Shown here piece after piece: positions 1 through 14,420 of a stretch of DNA of 64,000 nucleotides. Position 1 is the stretch's first letter, and the number at the start of each line of letters is the position of its first letter. Under the pieces are notes generated by a model, which saw nothing but the letters and a program-made list of their open reading frames with translations, searched no databases and was not told the origin of the DNA. Position numbers and translations under genes: made by a program. The stretch lies in NCBI GenBank assembly GCA_051362555.1, contig CM120641.1:36772401-36836400 (forward strand). Reading direction: 5' to 3'. Source of the stretch: Lingula anatina (lineage: Eukaryota; Animalia; Brachiopoda).

Positions 1-3000
1 CAACAGGAGGAACGTACGCGTTCCAAGACTAGGCAGCGGATTCAACTTGGGTGAACTGACGTACATTGGCGGGTATAGGTATACAACCAATTCGCTGCTC
101 CCTTGGAAGACATGGGCTCGTAAAGGCTATGTGGGTTGTATTTCAGATTTTGTGGTCAATGGAAAATACGTTGATATCAAACAGCTGGCTGCCCAACAGA
201 GTGTTCGCACAGGTGGAATACAGGAGGGTTGCTTCTCAATGCCGACCCGTTGTAGAAGTCAGCCATGTTTGAATGGAGGGGTGTGTCATGACCGGTGGGA
301 TAGATACGAATGTGACTGCACCGCCACTGACTACAGAGGGCGTAACTGTGAACAACGTAAGGAAAATTTAATCGCATTTGAATTGTTTCATTTGCTAATT
401 TTACTCTCAGTACATAGTACTCACCATTTCACACTTGCACACACGCACACACACACACACTACATGTAACACACACACACACACACACACTAAAACTGAC
501 TTCAGCAAACATTTCTGGTTTGAACATCAAGCCTATCCTAATATCCATATTAAACTCAACGTAAAACCTGTGAATTTGACATTGTAAAACATTGCATTGA
601 CACGATAGCCTTTTTGACATGTCACCCTCACTTGGATAATCGTACCTTACAGTTGCACCCATTGGGAGATTTGACGGCCGAACTGGAGTTTACGTGGATA
701 TCTTCCCGTCTCTCCACACCCACAAAAACGATATCAGCTTACGTTTCCTGACAACAGAGAGAAATGGCGTTTTGTTCAACACCTATGATGGAGGGCGGAC
801 CAATACCTACATGAAGGTTGCCCTTGAAAACGGGAGAGCTAAACTCATGACAAATCTTGGTGGACGTGAAATAGTAAGTTTGCATACACCCATGCTTCAT
901 GTACGTTGATGACCTGGCCAAAATAACAATATCATGAAATTACATATCTCTCTTTATATAGATAAATGACGTCAACAGTTATCTTACGCAATTGTTCAAA
1001 ATATAACAATACCATAAAAAAGGAAATACATCTATCACAGCATAAATGAAACCAATATTATTTCTACGCAGTAGTCGATAAATTCTTTTATGAAAGATGA
1101 ATTAAGCGATAAAGTTTACTAGAGAATAATCATTTGAAGAAGGTGAATAACGACACATAGGCCTATATTAATATTATGTGTAACTATTTTCAGAACCCCA
1201 TGTATACTGGAAATAATCTGAACGATGGCAATTGGCATACTCTCCACGTCAAAAGACGCGGTGAACAACTCGAGTTCTGGATTGACAATGACGCTCATCA
1301 AAAATGTAAGTTATAGACGCCTTCATACTTCATTTCAAAGTCTACATGGATGTCACTTCTATCAGCATGTTAAGTGTGTTAATTTTTATGTATGTGTGTG
1401 CGTGCGTGGCAGTGAGAGAGAGAGACCGCTAATATTTCCCCGTTTTCTTACAGACACATTACCCGGCGAAGGATACTTACTGGACATCGCTCGCATTAAT
1501 ATCGGATATCCAGGCGGCAGCATACAGAACCTACGCCCCTCTGACATATTCAATGGCTACATCAAAAACATGCACTTGGCCGAGCTACCCGATAATATCA
1601 TTATCGACTTCAAAGATCTGAGAATTTACTACGTGCCCAACTATCCCGTCACTTTCCGTTCCCACCAGACACACGTCTCAATAGACGATCTCCGCAACAG
1701 TGATTTGAACAACCTGAAATTTGCCTTCCGCACCAATAACACCGACGGCCTAATTCTTTTCAACGGTCGGGGTGCTAATGATGATTTCATCGCCGTAGAG
1801 TTAGAAGGAGGCTACATAAGCTTTTCGTTTAACAACGGTAACTCTGGACCAGTGAAAATTAAGAATATCAAGAAGGGGCCACTGAATGACAACAGGTGGC
1901 ATCTTGTGGAAATCCAACAAACGTCGCCAACGGAGTGGGTCGTCGGCGTGGACAACATTTATGAGCGAAGAACTATCAGTCAACAACAGACGGGAACTTT
2001 TAGCCTTCGCGGGGGTCTCTTCATCGGGGGCGTGCCCGAGAATATGTATAATCAGCTGCCAAGGGTTATCACATCTCGGCGCGGGTTCCAGGGCTGTTTC
2101 GATGATCTCACTTTTGGCCAGGGATCGAAACCTGACCTGGTCCGAGCAGGTGCAGGCCAAGTTAGCGTAGGTTGCACAGGTGAGTGCGAGTCTTTGTCCT
2201 ACAGACTCCGCGAATAATGTCCCCTTTTCTTTGGTAAAGTTTGCGTCCTTTTTGATTGTTTAAATTATTACTGGTATTTCCTTTTTCTGCTGTGGTGGAA
2301 TAAGGGAAATATGTAAGAACGGTCTTTGCAGGGACTAGATCAGAATAGTTTTCTGTAGTGTAGAAAGTTTATTATGTTGAGAAGGATGAGCAGTTTCACT
2401 AAAAACTTCTGTTAGCGAGGTGCACTGGATGGTACATACAGTCTTGCTTAGTGCATAGATCTTAAAAAAAATACAACACTGGTACTGTCGTGTTTCATAC
2501 CGTAAACGATAACCTAACTGTTTAAAATGTTTTCTTTATTTAGCAGGTGTAAATGGTGTCAAATTTTCAAAATAAGGCACGCTTGTTTGGAAAGCATATA
2601 AGATATGCCGTAATTTGAAAGGATGCAGGTACCATAAAGACTTTTTTTAAATTCTCTGGATTCATTTTACACAGGTCCAATTGCAATGTGTGCTGACGAC
2701 ACATGCAAGAATTCAGGAGAGTGTATTCAACTTCCAAATGGGTTCTACTGTGACTGTAACATGACCTCCTATACTGGAGATAGATGTACAGAGGGTACGT
2801 AATTATCATGTAATACACGTGTATTCTGTGAGTTTTTTTTAAAAGAAAGTGCAGGGATTTTCTCTTAGTAGAATATGTTGAAAATTTATATCCCGTGACA
2901 CAGATAGGCCTATTATCGTGAAATGAATCATATTACCTTAATAAATATATTGAATGCACCTTCGAGATTTCACGACCGAGTGATTTTACTCAATTATTAT

Positions 3001-6000
3001 TTATAATCATTTTTCGAAGTTACATGTATATGATATTATTTAGATTAATTTTTTATTTATAAATTGCAGACAGCACTTCGTTCTCCTTCACGAAGGGAAT
3101 CATCGTGTACCGTATCAACGACCCCACCCCGTCCAGTAAGGATGACATCGCCCTCGGGTTCATCACCAACTATCCTGACGGGACCCTGCTTCGTTCAGAC
3201 GGCGCAGGCGGGGACTTTATAGAGCTCAAACTTGTAAGTGAACTTCATAAATCATTCTCTTTATAGATTTTATCAGAATTCATCGCCGGATGTTTATTAG
3301 CCATTAAAACAATTTAAATAAAATTGGTAGATTGAATTTAATTTTTTTTACTTCTGAAATGGTAATATTCACCTTTAACTGTTGCGCTTAGGCCTATTGA
3401 TTACATTCTAAATCTCTACTATTGTGCGACTACGGAGACTGAATTAATTTTTTGGGGAGGGACCCCCCCCCCCCTCAACCCACTAGGTCTGCCTCCGATA
3501 TAAGATATCTGAAATTTACGATTCATTCCAGGAAAACGGGTATGTGGTTGCCACTTATGACATTGGCGACGGCGTCCAGAGAGTCGTAGAGGACAGGCGG
3601 AGATTCAATGACGGCAACTATCATATCGTGCGTTTTACAAGAGATGGCCGCAACGGATTCCTTCGAGTTGACAGCTTACCAACAAGAGCGATTAGACCCA
3701 GTGAGTTTTAAAAAAAAATTTATATGCATTATTCAGTTAAAATGACTTAACGTCACTTTTTACAAATTTTTTTAAAGATTCATGTAAAACGCCTTCTTTT
3801 ATACAATTTTTTTTTCAATTTGACATCAGATTTATGAATACTTTTCATAATGGCACGCTTTTCTCTGTCATCAGGTAGTGGAGTGATGACATTTTTCAAT
3901 CTCCTGAAGGAAATAAAAGTAGGAGGAAACCTGGACTCCAGAGGAAATATTATTGACTATTTCACAGGAATTATCTCAGGTAAATTACTGGTGAAAATTA
4001 AACAGCGTTTATGACGGACTTTCCTATTAATGTAGCATTAACAGGATTAACAGTATTGTACTAAATAGAGCACTTGGAGATGAGGAAGATGACATTGACT
4101 ATTAAGGGAAATAAAGAAAACAGAATAAAAATCCAATACATGAAATATTTTGCACTCTTAGGCATAATTCCTTTAACACCAAATAAAATTATACTGTATT
4201 AAACAAAATCTCTAGTTATTAACACCAGGTTGTTTTTTGTACAATGTACTTGTTTATGTGAATTTCAAATCGGGGTCCAATTCTAGGTACAACAAGTTTA
4301 ATGTCTTATTTTCAGGGGTAAACTATAACAGGTTGAGGGTCCTGGATCACGCCAAGGGCAATCCAGACATTATCACTGGGACCGTGCGTTTTACATTCCC
4401 GCCATACGTGTAAGTTACTATCCATGTGCACAGCTGTACCACTGATTAATCTTCTCTTTTTTCAGCAAATGATAACTTTTGTAGTCATGTGTTATGATTT
4501 TGTTAATAAAACATAAAATAGCGCTTCCTTTTTCTAACCATGACATGTTATTTTCTTCTCTTTTGACAGAGGGAGGGTGTTCAGTCCACAACATTTATTT
4601 TTGTGTGGTCGTGGGGGTGGGTGGGTGGGTGGGGGGGGTGGATGGGGATGTGATTGGGGGGGGGGTTGGAGTCACCCTCTTTATCCAACTGTGTAACTTC
4701 TTATTGGCATGTTTTACGGTGAGAATATGTGCCTATATACATGTACTGTGTAACATTTTCACTTCTTTTTTTTTTTCAGAATCCCAACTACACCTGTTAT
4801 TTCAACAACTACACGGGGTATGTATCAACAGTGGACACCATTATTCAATGGAATATATGTCATATTAAATTATATTTTTAGGGTAAAAGTCAAATCATAG
4901 TTGAAATAAACAGTTTGGCATGATACGTGTATCAGAGAACAGTCTTTTCTGTTTAATCTAACAAATGAATTTTAAGTGGATATTTTACTTCTCCTTTCCC
5001 TTAATATAGGGCCTATTAGTTGAACATCCAGTGTTAAACACTATTTAATCCTCAATTTTCTCCTGCAGCTCCAAGACCCCCAGGGCCACCAGAGGGAATC
5101 CAGGTTGATGTCAGGACCACAGATGCCAGGGTCACCTGGCAGAGTCCCGCCAACACTGGAGGTTCACCCCTCAGGGGTTATTTGATTAGGGTCAAACAAG
5201 AAGGGGGCGTGTGGGAGACTGCAAACATGGGACCAGATATCTTCTCTCACACTTTCACAAACCTCATCCCAAATACCCAGTATTATACTCAGTTGTTTGC
5301 ACTCAACTCTGATGGATACAGCGTTCCTGTTCCTGCTGATTTCCAAACACTGACTGAAAAAACAACACCTGGACCACCAAGGAATCCTGTGATCACTGAC
5401 GTCACTTCAGAACGGGCTGTTGTCAAATGGCTGCCTCCAGCTGATAATGGTGGATCTGAGATATTGTATTATGACGTGGCCATCCGAGACCTCGACAACC
5501 CTACATGGACCACTGTTGGGAACCGGCTTTCAGTAGGGACAACACAGTACATACTGAATAATTTGGTTGAAGACAAATACTATACAGTGCGTCTCTATGC
5601 CTATAATGCCCAAGGGCGCAGCCCTCCAGCCATCATTGACAGATTCAAAACCGAAGTTGTACGAAGACGCCCTGGTCCACCACAAGGTTTGAGACCTACC
5701 AACATATTAGCAGAATCCCTTGTCCTGAACTGGTCACCTCCACAGCGACCCAATGGTATTATCCGCCATTACGAAATTGAGAGCAGAAATGAAAGAGATC
5801 CACCCAACAGATTCCAGTCTCATGGTAGAGTTAATGGAATAACACTGAGCAAACTGATATCTAATCTAATTAGTGATGACAGATATGTATTCAGGGTGAG
5901 GGCAATCAATGATGTTGGTCCTGGTGACTGGGCATCAAGTGTCTTTCAGGTGACTCCTGCTGAAGGCACACGTCCATCCCGTGTCCGCGACTTGGTGTTT

Positions 6001-9000
6001 TCTATCATTGGTGAAGACAGTCTGACCCTAACCTGGCAACCACCTATACTTGAGGGTGGTGGACCTGTGACAAATTATCTTGTGCAGTATCAGAACATCA
6101 ATGATGAAAGGTGGAGAAACGGCCCCACAGTCCCAGCACCTGTTACTAGGACAACTCTAACTGGCCTAACCAACAAACAATACTACAATGTACGGGTTGC
6201 TGCTGTTAATAAGTATGGCAGAGGTGACTTCAGTCAGCTGGGCCCACAACTTGTTGATGTGGCCTCTACTCCACCAGAACTTCCAAATGATCTGACTGTT
6301 ATTGCTGAAGATTATGATGAGAAAAGTATGACTGTCAGATGGTTCCCTCCTACATACGCAGGAAACCCTCCATTTGATAGATACGTGTTACAAATCAAAG
6401 ATGCTGATACTAACAGATGGATGAGTCCAGTGACCCTTAGTGATGAAACAACTACGTACAAATTCAAAGATTTGGATCTTGGTCAATACTATTCTTTCAG
6501 AGTAGCAGCAGAAAGTGAAAAAGGAAAATCTCCATTCTTCACCATTGGCCCCATCCTTTTCCAGAGTAAAGCAGAGAGACCAACTCCACCACAATCTTTG
6601 AGAGTCATGAATGTCACCAGAAACAGCATCACTGTAGCATGGGATGCACCTATTTATGATGGAGGGTCTTCAATTATCCATTATATTGTCGAGACACGTG
6701 ACATGAATAGCAGTTCTTGGGTTGTCAGAGGAGCTGACATTGGGGCTGAGGTTAGACTCTTCAGGATAACAAATCTGCTTGAAGAACGACCATATTTGGT
6801 TCGTATCAGTGCTGAAAATGTCATTGGCAGAAGCAACCCCAACCAGATGACAGAATATGTCACACCAAAAGATATCATTCAAACACCACTGGAACCACAG
6901 TATATTTATGTAGAAGAGATGAAAGACACCCACATGATAGTCAAATGGGTTAAGCCTATTTGGGATGGAAATTCACAGATTCTTAGATATGTCATTGAAA
7001 TCAAGGAAGAAGGCACTAATAGATGGAAAGTAGCATCAGAAGTTGGTCCTGATAAACGTACCCATCGCATCGATGGACTTAAGCTAAACAAGGGCTACTG
7101 GGTTAGAATAAAGGCAGTGAATAAAAAAGGCAGTGGACCTTATAAGAGCACTGACTTGGTGAAACCAACTCTCAATGTCCCATTTGCCCCCAGGGAAGTT
7201 CATGTGGTTGGAATTGCAACAGCAGACAAAGTTCACGTTGAATGGTTAGAACCTCTGTTTGATGGTAACTCAGTCATTACCAACTATATAATTGAAATTA
7301 AAGATGAAACGGCAGGAAGTGGCTGGAAAAGAATCGGAAAGACTGCCGGTGGAATTAGAGAATATTTCCTCAGGAATTTAACTGAAAGCCACATCTACCT
7401 TGTGAGGGTCTCTGCAAAGAATGCCATTGGTAGAGGTGAACCAAAGGAAGGAAATGAAAGAATTGTCATTCAGACCTCGATCAAGCCTCCAAGTGCACCA
7501 AGGAACCTTATAGTAAAATCCGAAGGAAATGGGCTGATTGCCTCATGGGAGGAGCCAGTAGACCTTGGCGGTGCTGTTATAGACAGATATATACTGGAAT
7601 CCAGACTGTCATCAGCTGATGACTGGGTTTTGTACAACTTCATCCCAGGTACCTCACTTTCTCAAGTCATTAAAGATCGTCAAGTGGGAAAGGGCTATTA
7701 TGTCCGTGTTGCAGGTATAAATGTAGCTGGCCAAGGTCCATTTACTGAAACACCAGGCCCCATAGTTGTTGTAGGTGGCCCAGTTGTGCAACCTGGGAAA
7801 CTTCCAAATGGCATGGGTGGTGCTGGGGCTGCTGGTAGTGGAGCTGCAGGTAATGTGATAGGTGTGCCTGGTACTGCATTTGGTGGTGCTGGACAGGTTG
7901 GAGCTGCTGCCCTGGCACCAGCTGCAGTTGTTGCTGGAGCTGGTGGATCTGGTGCTGCGGTAGGTCCTCTAGTTGGAGCAATAGCAGGCACTCTACTAGG
8001 ACTTATGCTTCTTGGCAGTGCAATAGCATGGGCATTATACAAGTGCAAACCTGGTTTGATTCCATGTGGTGGTGGCAAAGCTGGAGGAGGTGGTATTTCA
8101 TCGATCTCTTCGCCAAGTGGTGCAGCTCTGGTAGGAGAGGGTGCAGGTGCTGGAGCTGGTGCTGGAGCTGGGGTCAAAGCTGATGCTAATGGAGCTGCAG
8201 CAGGTAGTGGAGGTGGAGCAGCTGCTGAAAACTATTTTGCTGCCATAGCTGGAGCAGGTGGAAATGCAGGAGGCAGACACGGAGTAATTTCGGTATATGA
8301 TGCAGCCAATACTGACATAACTGATGCAGGTGCATATGGAGCAGGAGCAGGTGCAGGCTACGGAACAGGAGCAGGAGCTGGATATGGTGCAGGTGCTGGG
8401 TATGGAACTGGCAACTTTATGCAGGAATCCATGCAAACCCAGTCCTATGAATCTGCTACATATGGTGGCTATGGAGCAGGGGCTGGTGCAGGTGGTTATG
8501 GTACCACAGGTGCTGGAGCTGGTGGTAGAAGTTACAGTATGAGTGATGCAGGAGGGTCTATGACTGGTGGCAATGCTGGCTATGGCACAGGTGCTGGCTA
8601 TGGCATGGGCACCATGGGCTCCTCTTCCTACAACTACCAGATGGAAAGCACCATGACTACAGGAGGTGGTGGGAATATTCAGATGATGGGTATAAACCAG
8701 GCTGCTGGAGGAGTGCCTGTTCCATTCCTGACTCTGTCTGAAGAAATCAAGGTGGATACCTGCCTACTGACCAATAATGGCCGCTATGTGGTGACAGGCT
8801 CAAGCTGTGGACCTCCCCAAATTTGGGACATGAGTGTAAGTTACCTAAATGTCTACTTAATTATTAGTTGTTTTAAAAACAAACAAATGCTACTGTTCAT
8901 TAGGACAATTACTTTATCTGTGAAATTATTATGAAATATTTTGAAATGAGACCAACAAGCTCTTTCAACTCAAATACTGATTTTGTCTATTTCAGAATGG

Positions 9001-10471
9001 TGAACTGGTGCGTATTATGAAGGGAGATGACATGGCCTCTACTGATCTCCATCTTGCCATGAATGATTCCTTGTTAGTTGGTCAAGTTGGTGCTGAACCA
9101 GTTCATTTAGATATGAATGATGTCCAAGCTGGAAACCATGTTCCATACAGGAAACTACAGGTATGAACATAATAGAAATGTAGTATGAAATTTCACAAGG
9201 TTCTTAACTTATTAGATTGGAAACTTTTAACGTTAGCATAAATATTAGGGAAAGAAAAAGAATAGATAAAGCATTGTTAAAGAGTAATGTTTTATATTAT
9301 TTCAGATCTGGGACTTTGACACAGGAATGCCCCTTGACATGCCCCATCCAGAGCTTTGCACAGCCAGTTGTATGATGAATGATGGAGAAAAGGTTGTCTT
9401 TGCACGCACCGATCGTTTTGGAAACAGCACCAGTGTCATTGTCTATGATCTCCCTGGAAATGAAGTTATTCGTGAGTTCAAGTATGAGGGTGCTATAGGG
9501 ATAGCTGACAGTGTTAGCTTCCTCGCCCTCTCTCCAGACAACCGGTATGCTGTGGCTGGGTTCCACAATTCCTATGATGGAAATGCCAACTTCTTGGTCT
9601 TTGATCTCACCAGCCCATACAACACTGCCGAGCCCAAAATCTTGGCCCTTGACGCAGAACCTGAATGTACTGCTGTTCTGGATAACCACGAGGCAGTTAC
9701 TGGTACACGCAAGGGAGAACTTACCATATGGAGTTTGAGAACCGGTAAAGCACTCAGACAGCTGATTACTGGAGGGGACACCACAACCATGGGCAGAGGG
9801 GTTTCTAACACTGTTGCCCACACTGGTGAGGTTAGGGCTGTTGTTTTGTCTCCTGATGGAAAGCATCTTGTATCAGCCTCTTCAGATGGAACTCTTAAAG
9901 TTTGGAATACAGCTACAGAGAAAATGGAACACAATCTTCGGGGCCACGCAGATGAGGTTTGTTCATTGTTATTTGTAGTGTGTTATAATTTTTTCCTATG
10001 CATATAATGCTTGAAACAAAACTTATGTATAAAGACAAAAAATGCAAAAGGTTAGTTTCTGTTTAATGTCGGTTTTAATTTTTTTTAACATCTATATATT
10101 TCCCTTGTAATATCACTTAAAACTGCATGAATTTCAATGGTTTACAATTAACATGCCAAAACATGGCAGTTGCATGTTTAGATTAACTTCGTGAAAAACC
10201 TTTTATTTACAAATCGTGCTCCTTTTTTTAGGTTTGGTGTGCAGCCATCTCCCCAGATAATGACTTCATTGTCTCTGGATCTCGCGACTGCACCATACGC
10301 TTGTGGAAGATGAAGTCGGGCAAAGAGATCTGCAACTTCTACACAGGTATTGATGTCTTCACAGTGAAGATAAGCAGTGACAAGAAAACCATAGTGGCAC
10401 TGGGTGACAAGTTTGCATCAAGAAAACTTATTATGTTGCAAATAGTGCACAGCAAAGGACCTAGGAGATAA
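1..10471 (+). CDS. Neurexin/axotactin-like single-pass receptor (LamG-EGF-LamG-LamG-EGF-LamG, 9xFN3, TM, Gly/Ala-rich, WD40); 5' end outside the window
   Basis: In-frame GT-AG exon chain read by eye: <1-356, 653-873, 1194-1305, 1454-2179, 2675-2794, 3070-3233, 3532-3700, 3875-3979, 4316-4409, 4780-4817, 5069-8835, 8996-9160, 9306-9956, 10232-10471 (TAA). LamG motifs (LNDGNWH, LFIGGVP, GFQGC), EGF (CRSQPCLNGGVC..YECDC), FN3 repeats (PGPP..V.W.PP..GGS.I..Y), TM segment LVGAIAGTLLGLMLLGSAIAWALY, WD40 repeats (HTGEVRAVVLSPDGKHLVSASSDGTLKVW). Confidence 0.88.
443..490. repeat. (CA)n microsatellite
   Basis: Direct reading; similar tracts at 28305-28331 (TG), 41435-41470 and 50284-50321 (GA), 55433-55461 (AT), 57221-57289 and 63079-63113 (CA). 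Confidence 0.9.
5069..8835 (+). CDS. Single 3.77 kb exon encoding all 9 FN3 domains, the TM helix, the Gly/Ala-rich linker and the start of the WD40 region
   Basis: cctgcag acceptor before 5069, gtaagt donor after 8835; matches the 1250-aa ORF 5182-8934. Confidence 0.85.
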
Positions 10472-11392
10472 TAGGAAAGACTTCCACATCATGATTTACA
10501 TGATAATGTTAAAACACCTGAGTAAACATGTCAGTGGAATTGGTAAATTTCACTGAGGCAATGTGAATTTGGAAAAAAAAAGTTTTAAGGTGTTTCCATC
10601 AAATTGTGCAAAGACTAGTGATCAGAAATAATTGGTTTATAGTATTTAGACTTGGTAAACTTGCCAATGTTGAAATGTGATATATTAAACATTTGAGATA
10701 TAGTATTAAAGTTTGAGCTGAATCTCTATTTATGAGACAAAATAGACAGCACGAGTCTTGCAGAATTCTAGTAGAGTAGTTTCTGGATATCAGTTACCTT
10801 GAGGGTAGGGCTCATAGCTAGCACATATGTTATATATCTGTATCTGTTAACATGTATTGTTCAACAAATCACAAGTAGAATTTACTGAAACAAAACACTT
10901 TTTCTGAGATTGAATTATAAGTATACATATTATTCATTTATTTGATATTCTTTACGCAATTTTCAAGTGCATTTTAACAAAGAAGTAACAGTTTGGTGTA
11001 GTGCTGCCTTACTATTTATATTATTCGCATTTGCTATTTCATATATTAATTACACATTTTTCTTGAAACGTATTGTAGACAATTGGTCATGCAATGACAT
11101 TTGTTGCAGCATGTATTATATCATTACTTTATACCAAGTCGTATACATGATTAATAATATTATTAAATACATTTTATTAACTTATATACATCGTGCATGC
11201 TTAGTTGAATATAATGTGTGAAGGAATTGGAAAAGACCAGCTAGATATTTATTGCATTGTCTTTGCAATTTTATGAAGAGTTATGCCAAAAGACAAAATA
11301 AGTGCCATTATTTATACTTTTAACTGTGACATATATGATTTAAGGCTTAACTATGTTTGTGCTGTAATGTTTAATGTTTTTAAAGTGTCAGA

Positions 11393-11864
11393 AATAAAAC
11401 CCAAGTTTATGGCACAGTGCAATATGAACTTTGTGGTGAAGAGGTTTCTTTTTTAGTTTTTGTTGGCAGCTTCTTTCACCTATGCTCATATTTGACAGGT
11501 AACATGGTATTTTACTCATCTATATTTCAAAGCTCCCCATGATCCCTTGTTTTTTGTTTTTTTTTTTTACAGTCAAATGACGTAAAAGTTTATCTAAAAG
11601 AAGACATGGGAAACAAGACAGCTTTGAAATGTATGGTATTTGTGCATAATCCAATTAAAGGATTTCAATTGACACAGTAATTAATTTGCTTTTCAAAATA
11701 ATAGGTCTCAAACAATAGGTCAAAAAGTAGATGTAATTTATTCCCTTGCTTTCAGCACTTTTTTTGTTATATTTTATACTCTTCTGTTGCTTTAATGTCT
11801 TATTGTCTTTTTACATACAAATACAATTCTGCTGTTTTTGTACACTTGCTTTTTTAAGGAATAA
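11393..11864 (+). terminator. Candidate poly(A) signals (AATAAA) of the receptor gene
   Basis: AATAAA near 11393 and 11859 downstream of the stop at 10471. Confidence 0.4.
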
Positions 11865-12279
11865 AATGACATATGTGAAATGTCAAAAAGATGCAATTAT
11901 TGATTGATCACAGTATTCTTAGAATTAACAACTCCAGTGCAACATTCCCCACTTATTTAAAATTCAACATGCCCCTCTATTTTGTTCACAATCACTATAT
12001 AATAATAATAATTTGGTCTGGAGGCTCTGAATACTCCATCAAACATATGAATATGTTGCTAAAACTTATGATCATCTGCTGGCCAGCACATATGAAAGCT
12101 GGCCCATTTAGTTCCTGAGAATAAAAGCAGATCTGAAGAGCTTGTAAACATGTTTATAGACCCTAGTTCCGAAACTGTTTTAGATAGGGTATACCTTAGT
12201 GATAAAGAGGAAATTGTTGAAATTTCCAGGAAAATTTATTTATTTGCCATATAAATTTTCCACGAACATGGTATACCCT

Positions 12280-12711
12280 TTAATTCAAATTTGATTTAAA
12301 TCCCACCTTAGAATAAAATAAAGGTTTCCAAGCATATACGTTTTGCACTAATCTGGCATAATCATTGCCTATATAAACATTGCATGCATCTACGTAACAC
12401 ATCGTGGCAGTACCTGGCTGTTTTTGAATATGAGGATCTGGCGTATTAAAGACAGTTTTGTAAATCTCTGATGATATGTTAAATTCTCCAGGAATGCATA
12501 CCTCTTTTGGGCATTTTTTAGCAAACAGAAAAGACCCCCTTCCTGAGGTGGGTGCTTCGATACATTTACCTAACCCAAGTGATTCTAAATACTTCATGCA
12601 TTGTTTCACTCCAGCAGACTTGAACTTGTTCAACTTTATCCTTTGTATTGTTCTTGCCAATACTATTGGCCCTGGGTTCATTAAGATGACTCTTCCTGCT
12701 TTGACAAAGTC
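12280..12711 (-). CDS. Terminal exon, non-ZF winged-helix-like domain (paralog of 18026-18442)
   Basis: ttttcag acceptor, phase 0, DFVKAGRVILMNPGPIVLAR..YLESLGLGKCIE..FAKK..stop; selector-like aggagttcact at 12887-12897. Confidence 0.7.
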   Translation of the reverse strand, partial: DFVKAGRVILMNPGPIVLARTIQRIKLNKFKSAGVKQCMKYLESLGLGKCIEAPTSGRGSFLFAKKCPKEVCIPGEFNISSEIYKTVFNTPDPHIQKQPGTATMCYVDACNVYIGNDYARLVQNVYAWKPLFYSKVGFKSNLN

Positions 12712-14420
12712 CTGAAAATTTCAAAATAACACGTACAGTTCAACCAGACCAGCTTTCTAAAAATATGTAAAGACAATATTATAGAATAGTGATTGCACTA
12801 CAATACATGAAATCTGACCTTTTTCTCATATCAGTTAATGCAATACAATTTGATTTATAAGAGATATGTCAGCACACAATAGAATGAGGAGTTCACTAAA
12901 AGCATGAAATCTGTATTTTTATTAGTTTATACCATAGCTTTATCATTTTTAAATCTCATATATTTTGGAGTCTTATTCACCGATTTTGGCTCATGGAAAA
13001 ATTGCCCTTTAAAAGAACAGGTCTTCATCCAAATTAGTATTTCTGTACATGTATACCTTATGTGGATGGATGAAATAAATTTAAATTGTGATATTAAAAA
13101 AGTGCATTCCAGTTTGCTTAACCAGCAATTACAAAATAATCTATTCTGTAAAAATTAAATTGTCTTCTCTGGTAATGTGCTGCAAAATCACACTTGGAGT
13201 TTCTGAACATGGGTCGCTTAACTCATTTGCATAGTAAAATGCATGTGTACCAAGTTGGTGGCCACTGTTCTGGAACACTCTGCTTCTAGCATGCTTGTTA
13301 CATACTAGTACATTGGGAAACCTTTCAGGACATATGCTGGGTGCCTCCGACTACTAGTTAGGGGCCACCTGTATACTTTTTTAAGTGTTTGGAGGTTATA
13401 TCCTAAGGTACACTTATGAGACATTGATGTTAGGAAATTTTTGGCTCAATTTCTGCATGCTTAAGGTAATGACTTGATCATTTCGACTGAAAATTCTTAA
13501 AATCAGGATATTCTTAGTGAGTGGTAGCAACACAATTGAAAAGCAGACTACCTAATGGTTGTATTCTATACAGCAAAAGCACCAAAATGCTACAGAGAAA
13601 TGTATCTTTAATGACTCCAAAATTATGTATCCAAAAATTAATAATTTCTGCTGGTTGAAACGATCGTGTCATTACCGTACATTTACTTTTTAAGAATGTG
13701 TTCAAAGAATGCGTTGATTCATTTATTCAGATATACTATCAAGGGGCATTTAAAACTCAAAAGCCATATTCTTTAAACTCAGCGGGAGATAAATCTCAAG
13801 TTGAAAAACATTTTTGAGAAGTAAGGAATATTGACAATGTTCCAAATATAAAAAAGGAGAAAGGGTTCATTGAAGTTGGATAAAAATAGTAACTGAAAAC
13901 AGGGTGTCTTATCACACACAGTAATATATTACTGTATATCTAGATCTCAAGATTTATAAATCTGTTTTCACAACAAACCAGACAAATCACAGTCATAAAA
14001 TCTACTTTATTCACCATAGCCATAGATAAAATTAAAAATTTCATAAATCCCAGGTAAGTATCAATCTGTTTCTGACTGCGTGCACGGGTTACTCCAACTA
14101 AAAGAAAAAAAGGAGAAAAGAACAAATTATACAAATTTAACCTTACTTATCATGTTATACTCTGATATCCAGTTATATCAATATTTGAAATGATATAACT
14201 TAGAGGGAAATATAATTGCATTTGAATAACCATAATTTCAGTCAGCAAGTTCTTGTTTAATTAGCTCCAAAGTCCTGAATTTAACTTGTCAATGACAAAT
14301 ATCAGTTTATCTGTGACTGAATTGTTCCTAATTTTATTCTGAATGAGCAAAGGTAAAGTAATAACTTTGAAAATTAAAAAGACCTTTGACCATTTCAATC
14401 TTGCTTCTAATAATACTTAC

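Noticed and set aside
7698-8542. Pro/Ala-, Gln- and Ser/Cys-rich ORFs
   Set aside because: Shadow frames of the Gly/Ala-rich coding exon.
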